64,000 nt of DNA from Thermoguttaceae bacterium (GTDB taxonomy: Bacteria > Planctomycetota > Planctomycetia > Pirellulales > Thermoguttaceae), in assembly GCA_017441605.1 (NCBI GenBank), contig JAFRXD010000002.1:25674-89673 (forward strand), written 5' to 3'. A program made the position numbers and the translations under genes. The notes beneath the pieces are model-generated. The model was given only the letters and a program-made list of their open reading frames with translations. It was not told the DNA's origin and did not search any database. Numbering within the stretch: position 1 is the first letter of the stretch; each line of letters opens with the position of its first letter. Shown here piece after piece: positions 61,884 through 64,000 of the stretch.

Positions 61884-62687
61884 TCAGGTGGACTTCAGAA
61901 CGATCCAATCTCCCAGTCTTGGGAACAATTGCGCGATTGAGAAAAGAATTCGCGCTTTCCAAGGAATCACGAGTTCAGGACGACGTTTTTCGCACATTTT
62001 CAAAATGCGCGCGGCTAGGATCTTGGGGTCGATTTTTCCGACCTTGACCCCTCCGCCCGGCATTAGCGCGGACTCTGGAATTCCTTCTGCGTTTTTTAGC
62101 GCGTACAATCTTGGGTTCTCCCTTTTCACGGGACCCGGACAAACGAGCAAGACATGAAGTCCTTGGGGGCGCATTTCCAATCTTAGTTGTTGGGAGAACG
62201 CGGCGACGGCGTGTTTGGTAACGGGGTAAGCGCCGACCCATCTGGCCGCGCTTTTGGACGCCAAGGAACCGATATTGACAATGTGTCCTTTTCGTGGGAT
62301 CAAATGCGGAATCGCCGCCTGGGAGCACGCGATGGTTCCCATTACGTTGAGGTTCCAGAGGGCTTGAAATTCTTCGAGGGACGTTTGAGTAAGAAAACCG
62401 CGGTGGGTTCGCCCCGCCGCGTTGACGAGCGCGTCGAGAGCGCCAAAATTGGCGACGGTTTCTTCGACGATTCTTTTTGCGTCGTCAGGATTAGTAACGT
62501 CGGCGACGAGGGGAAGGACGTCGGTTCCGTTGTCGCGCATTTCCTCGGCGGTTTTTTCGACGTCTTTAGGTTCGAGCCCCGCGATCGCGACTTTAGCGCC
62601 GGCTTGACCGAACGTTTCCGCTATTACGCGTCCCAAACCGTTGGAACCACCGGTAACCAGAACAATTCTATCGCGCCAATAACTCAT
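61884..62687 (-). CDS. Short-chain dehydrogenase/reductase (SDR) family oxidoreductase
   Basis: 267 aa. VLVTGGSNGLGR (TGxxxGxG), NAAG, and Y-x3-K (YPVTKHA). Confidence 0.88.
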   Translation of the reverse strand: MSYWRDRIVLVTGGSNGLGRVIAETFGQAGAKVAIAGLEPKDVEKTAEEMRDNGTDVLPLVADVTNPDDAKRIVEETVANFGALDALVNAAGRTHRGFLTQTSLEEFQALWNLNVMGTIACSQAAIPHLIPRKGHIVNIGSLASKSAARWVGAYPVTKHAVAAFSQQLRLEMRPQGLHVLLVCPGPVKRENPRLYALKNAEGIPESALMPGGGVKVGKIDPKILAARILKMCEKRRPELVIPWKARILFSIAQLFPRLGDWIVLKST

Positions 62688-62885
62688 TTTTGTCCGATCC
62701 TTTCACATCGCGCCGAGGTCGTCGCAAGTTGGAGCGCCCCGCGCGAGCTATCATTATACGGCGATTTATCGTCCGGACAACGGGTTTTAGGATTTTGCGC
62801 GGGTATAAAAAACGACGGAACGCGTTCGGGAACGCGCTCCGCCATTTTCTCAAGAGATTTGGCGATCTAGATAGCGATCTCTCGC

Positions 62886-64000
62886 TCAAACCCAGCCGCG
62901 AAGTTTCATCGCGTCGGCGACGCGCTTGATCGCGACGAGGTACGCGGCTTCGCGAAGGCTGGTCGACTTGGCGACGCTCATATCGTAGACGGCTTTGAAG
63001 GCGCGGGTCATCTTTTGATCCAAGCGCTTATGAACTTCTTCGAGTTCCCAGTAGAAGTTCTGGGCGTTTTGGCATTGCTCGAAGTAAGAGACGGTAACAC
63101 CGCCAGCGTTGGCGAGGTAGTCGGGAATCAGGTGAATACCCTTGGCGTCGACGATGGCGTCGGCTTCGGGAGTGGTGGGACCGTTGGCCAATTCGCAGAT
63201 GATTTGGCACTTGAGATTTCCGGCGTTTTCCTCGGTGATCGTGTTTTCCAGCGCGGCGGGGAAGAGAACGCAAACGTCGAGAGCGAGGAGTTCTTCGTTG
63301 GTGACCGCTTTAGCGCCGGGGAATCCAACGACAGTCCCGTTCTTCAGTTTGTAGTCGACGAGCGACTTGGCGTCGATACCGTCGGGATTATAGACTCCGC
63401 CCTTGGAGTCGGAAGCGGCGACGACCTTCATACCGAGGATTTCCTCGGAGAGAGTCGCGGCGAATTGGCCGGCGTTTCCAAACCCTTGGATCGCGCAGGT
63501 CTTGCCCTTGAGGTCGATTCCGTAAGCCTTGGCGCACTCGCGAACGGTGTAGACTCCGCCGCGAGCGGTCGCGTCGCCGCGCCCTTGCGAGCCGCCGATT
63601 TCGATCGGCTTACCGGTGATGACGCCCGGATGGCACTCCATCATGATCTTTTCGTACTCGTCCATCATCCAAGCCATGATTTGCCCGGTGGTGTAGACGT
63701 CGGGAGCCGGAACGTCTTTGGTGATTCCGATCAAAGGAGCGATGGCGCGGATATAGGCGCGAGCGAGACGTTCTTTTTCGCCGTCGGAGAGTTCTTTGGG
63801 GTTACAGATGATTCCGCCCTTACCGCCGCCGAGAGGAATATCGACAACGGAGCACTTCCAAGTCATCCAGCAAGCCAGGGCGCGAACGGTGTCGATCGTT
63901 TCGGTCGGGAACCAACGAATACCGCCCTTAGCGGGACCGCGCGCGGTGTTGTATTGAACGCGAAAACCTTGGAAAACTTTAGTCGATCCATCGTCCATCT
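62886..64000 (-). CDS. gdhA: Glutamate dehydrogenase (Glu/Leu/Phe/Val dehydrogenase family), N-terminus beyond window end
   Basis: [19 protein letters not shown] (catalytic Lys region), GFGNAGQ NAD(P)-binding motif. The ORF runs off the 3' edge of the window. Confidence 0.9.
   Translation of the reverse strand, partial: MDDGSTKVFQGFRVQYNTARGPAKGGIRWFPTETIDTVRALACWMTWKCSVVDIPLGGGKGGIICNPKELSDGEKERLARAYIRAIAPLIGITKDVPAPDVYTTGQIMAWMMDEYEKIMMECHPGVITGKPIEIGGSQGRGDATARGGVYTVRECAKAYGIDLKGKTCAIQGFGNAGQFAATLSEEILGMKVVAASDSKGGVYNPDGIDAKSLVDYKLKNGTVVGFPGAKAVTNEELLALDVCVLFPAALENTITEENAGNLKCQIICELANGPTTPEADAIVDAKGIHLIPDYLANAGGVTVSYFEQCQNAQNFYWELEEVHKRLDQKMTRAFKAVYDMSVAKSTSLREAAYLVAIKRVADAMKLRGWV

Overview
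This 64-kb segment looks like core chromosome of a Planctomycetota-type bacterium. The taxonomic call is an inference from gene content: two DUF1559 proteins with prepilin-type leaders, Tat-exported xylose-isomerase-like TIM barrels, and many secreted glycan-active proteins. I call about 48 protein genes, three tRNAs (Ser-GGA, Pro-CGG, Asn-GTT) and a tmRNA. I see no rRNA, CRISPR array, transposase, integrase, or recognisable defence or toxin genes.

The content is mostly housekeeping:
- rnhA, a suhB-like IMPase, bioD-bioA, glyA, hemH
- rpmI-rplT, purB-aroC, scpB
- rpsF-ssb-rplI, rplY-pth
- a GMP synthase C-terminal half, a lipid A-type acyltransferase, and gdh (truncated at the window end)
- interspersed secreted or periplasmic hydrolases (DUF4091, GH78 rhamnosidase, two tandem esterases), transporters (SSS, GntP, an ABC binding protein), a LemA-M48 peptidase pair and a Ser/Thr kinase

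Many genes carry sigma70-like promoters of the form TTGNNA-N16/17-TANNNT and clear rho-independent terminators.

I did not find an obvious multi-gene novel system. The items I consider most worth a second look are:
- A stand-alone CydA-like membrane domain fused to a c-type cytochrome (254-2209).
- An orphan consensus promoter driving a ~210-nt highly structured RNA that ends in a T7 tract, inside the only ~1-kb gene-free gap (53799-54046).
- An AMMECR1-Memo fusion protein with no radical SAM partner nearby.
- A stand-alone GMP synthase ATP-pyrophosphatase subunit.
- A secreted EF-hand protein with FG/GP glycine repeats.
- A cysteine-rich secreted protein next to a catalytically degenerate thioredoxin-fold protein.

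All functional calls come from motif recognition by eye. No searches were run.
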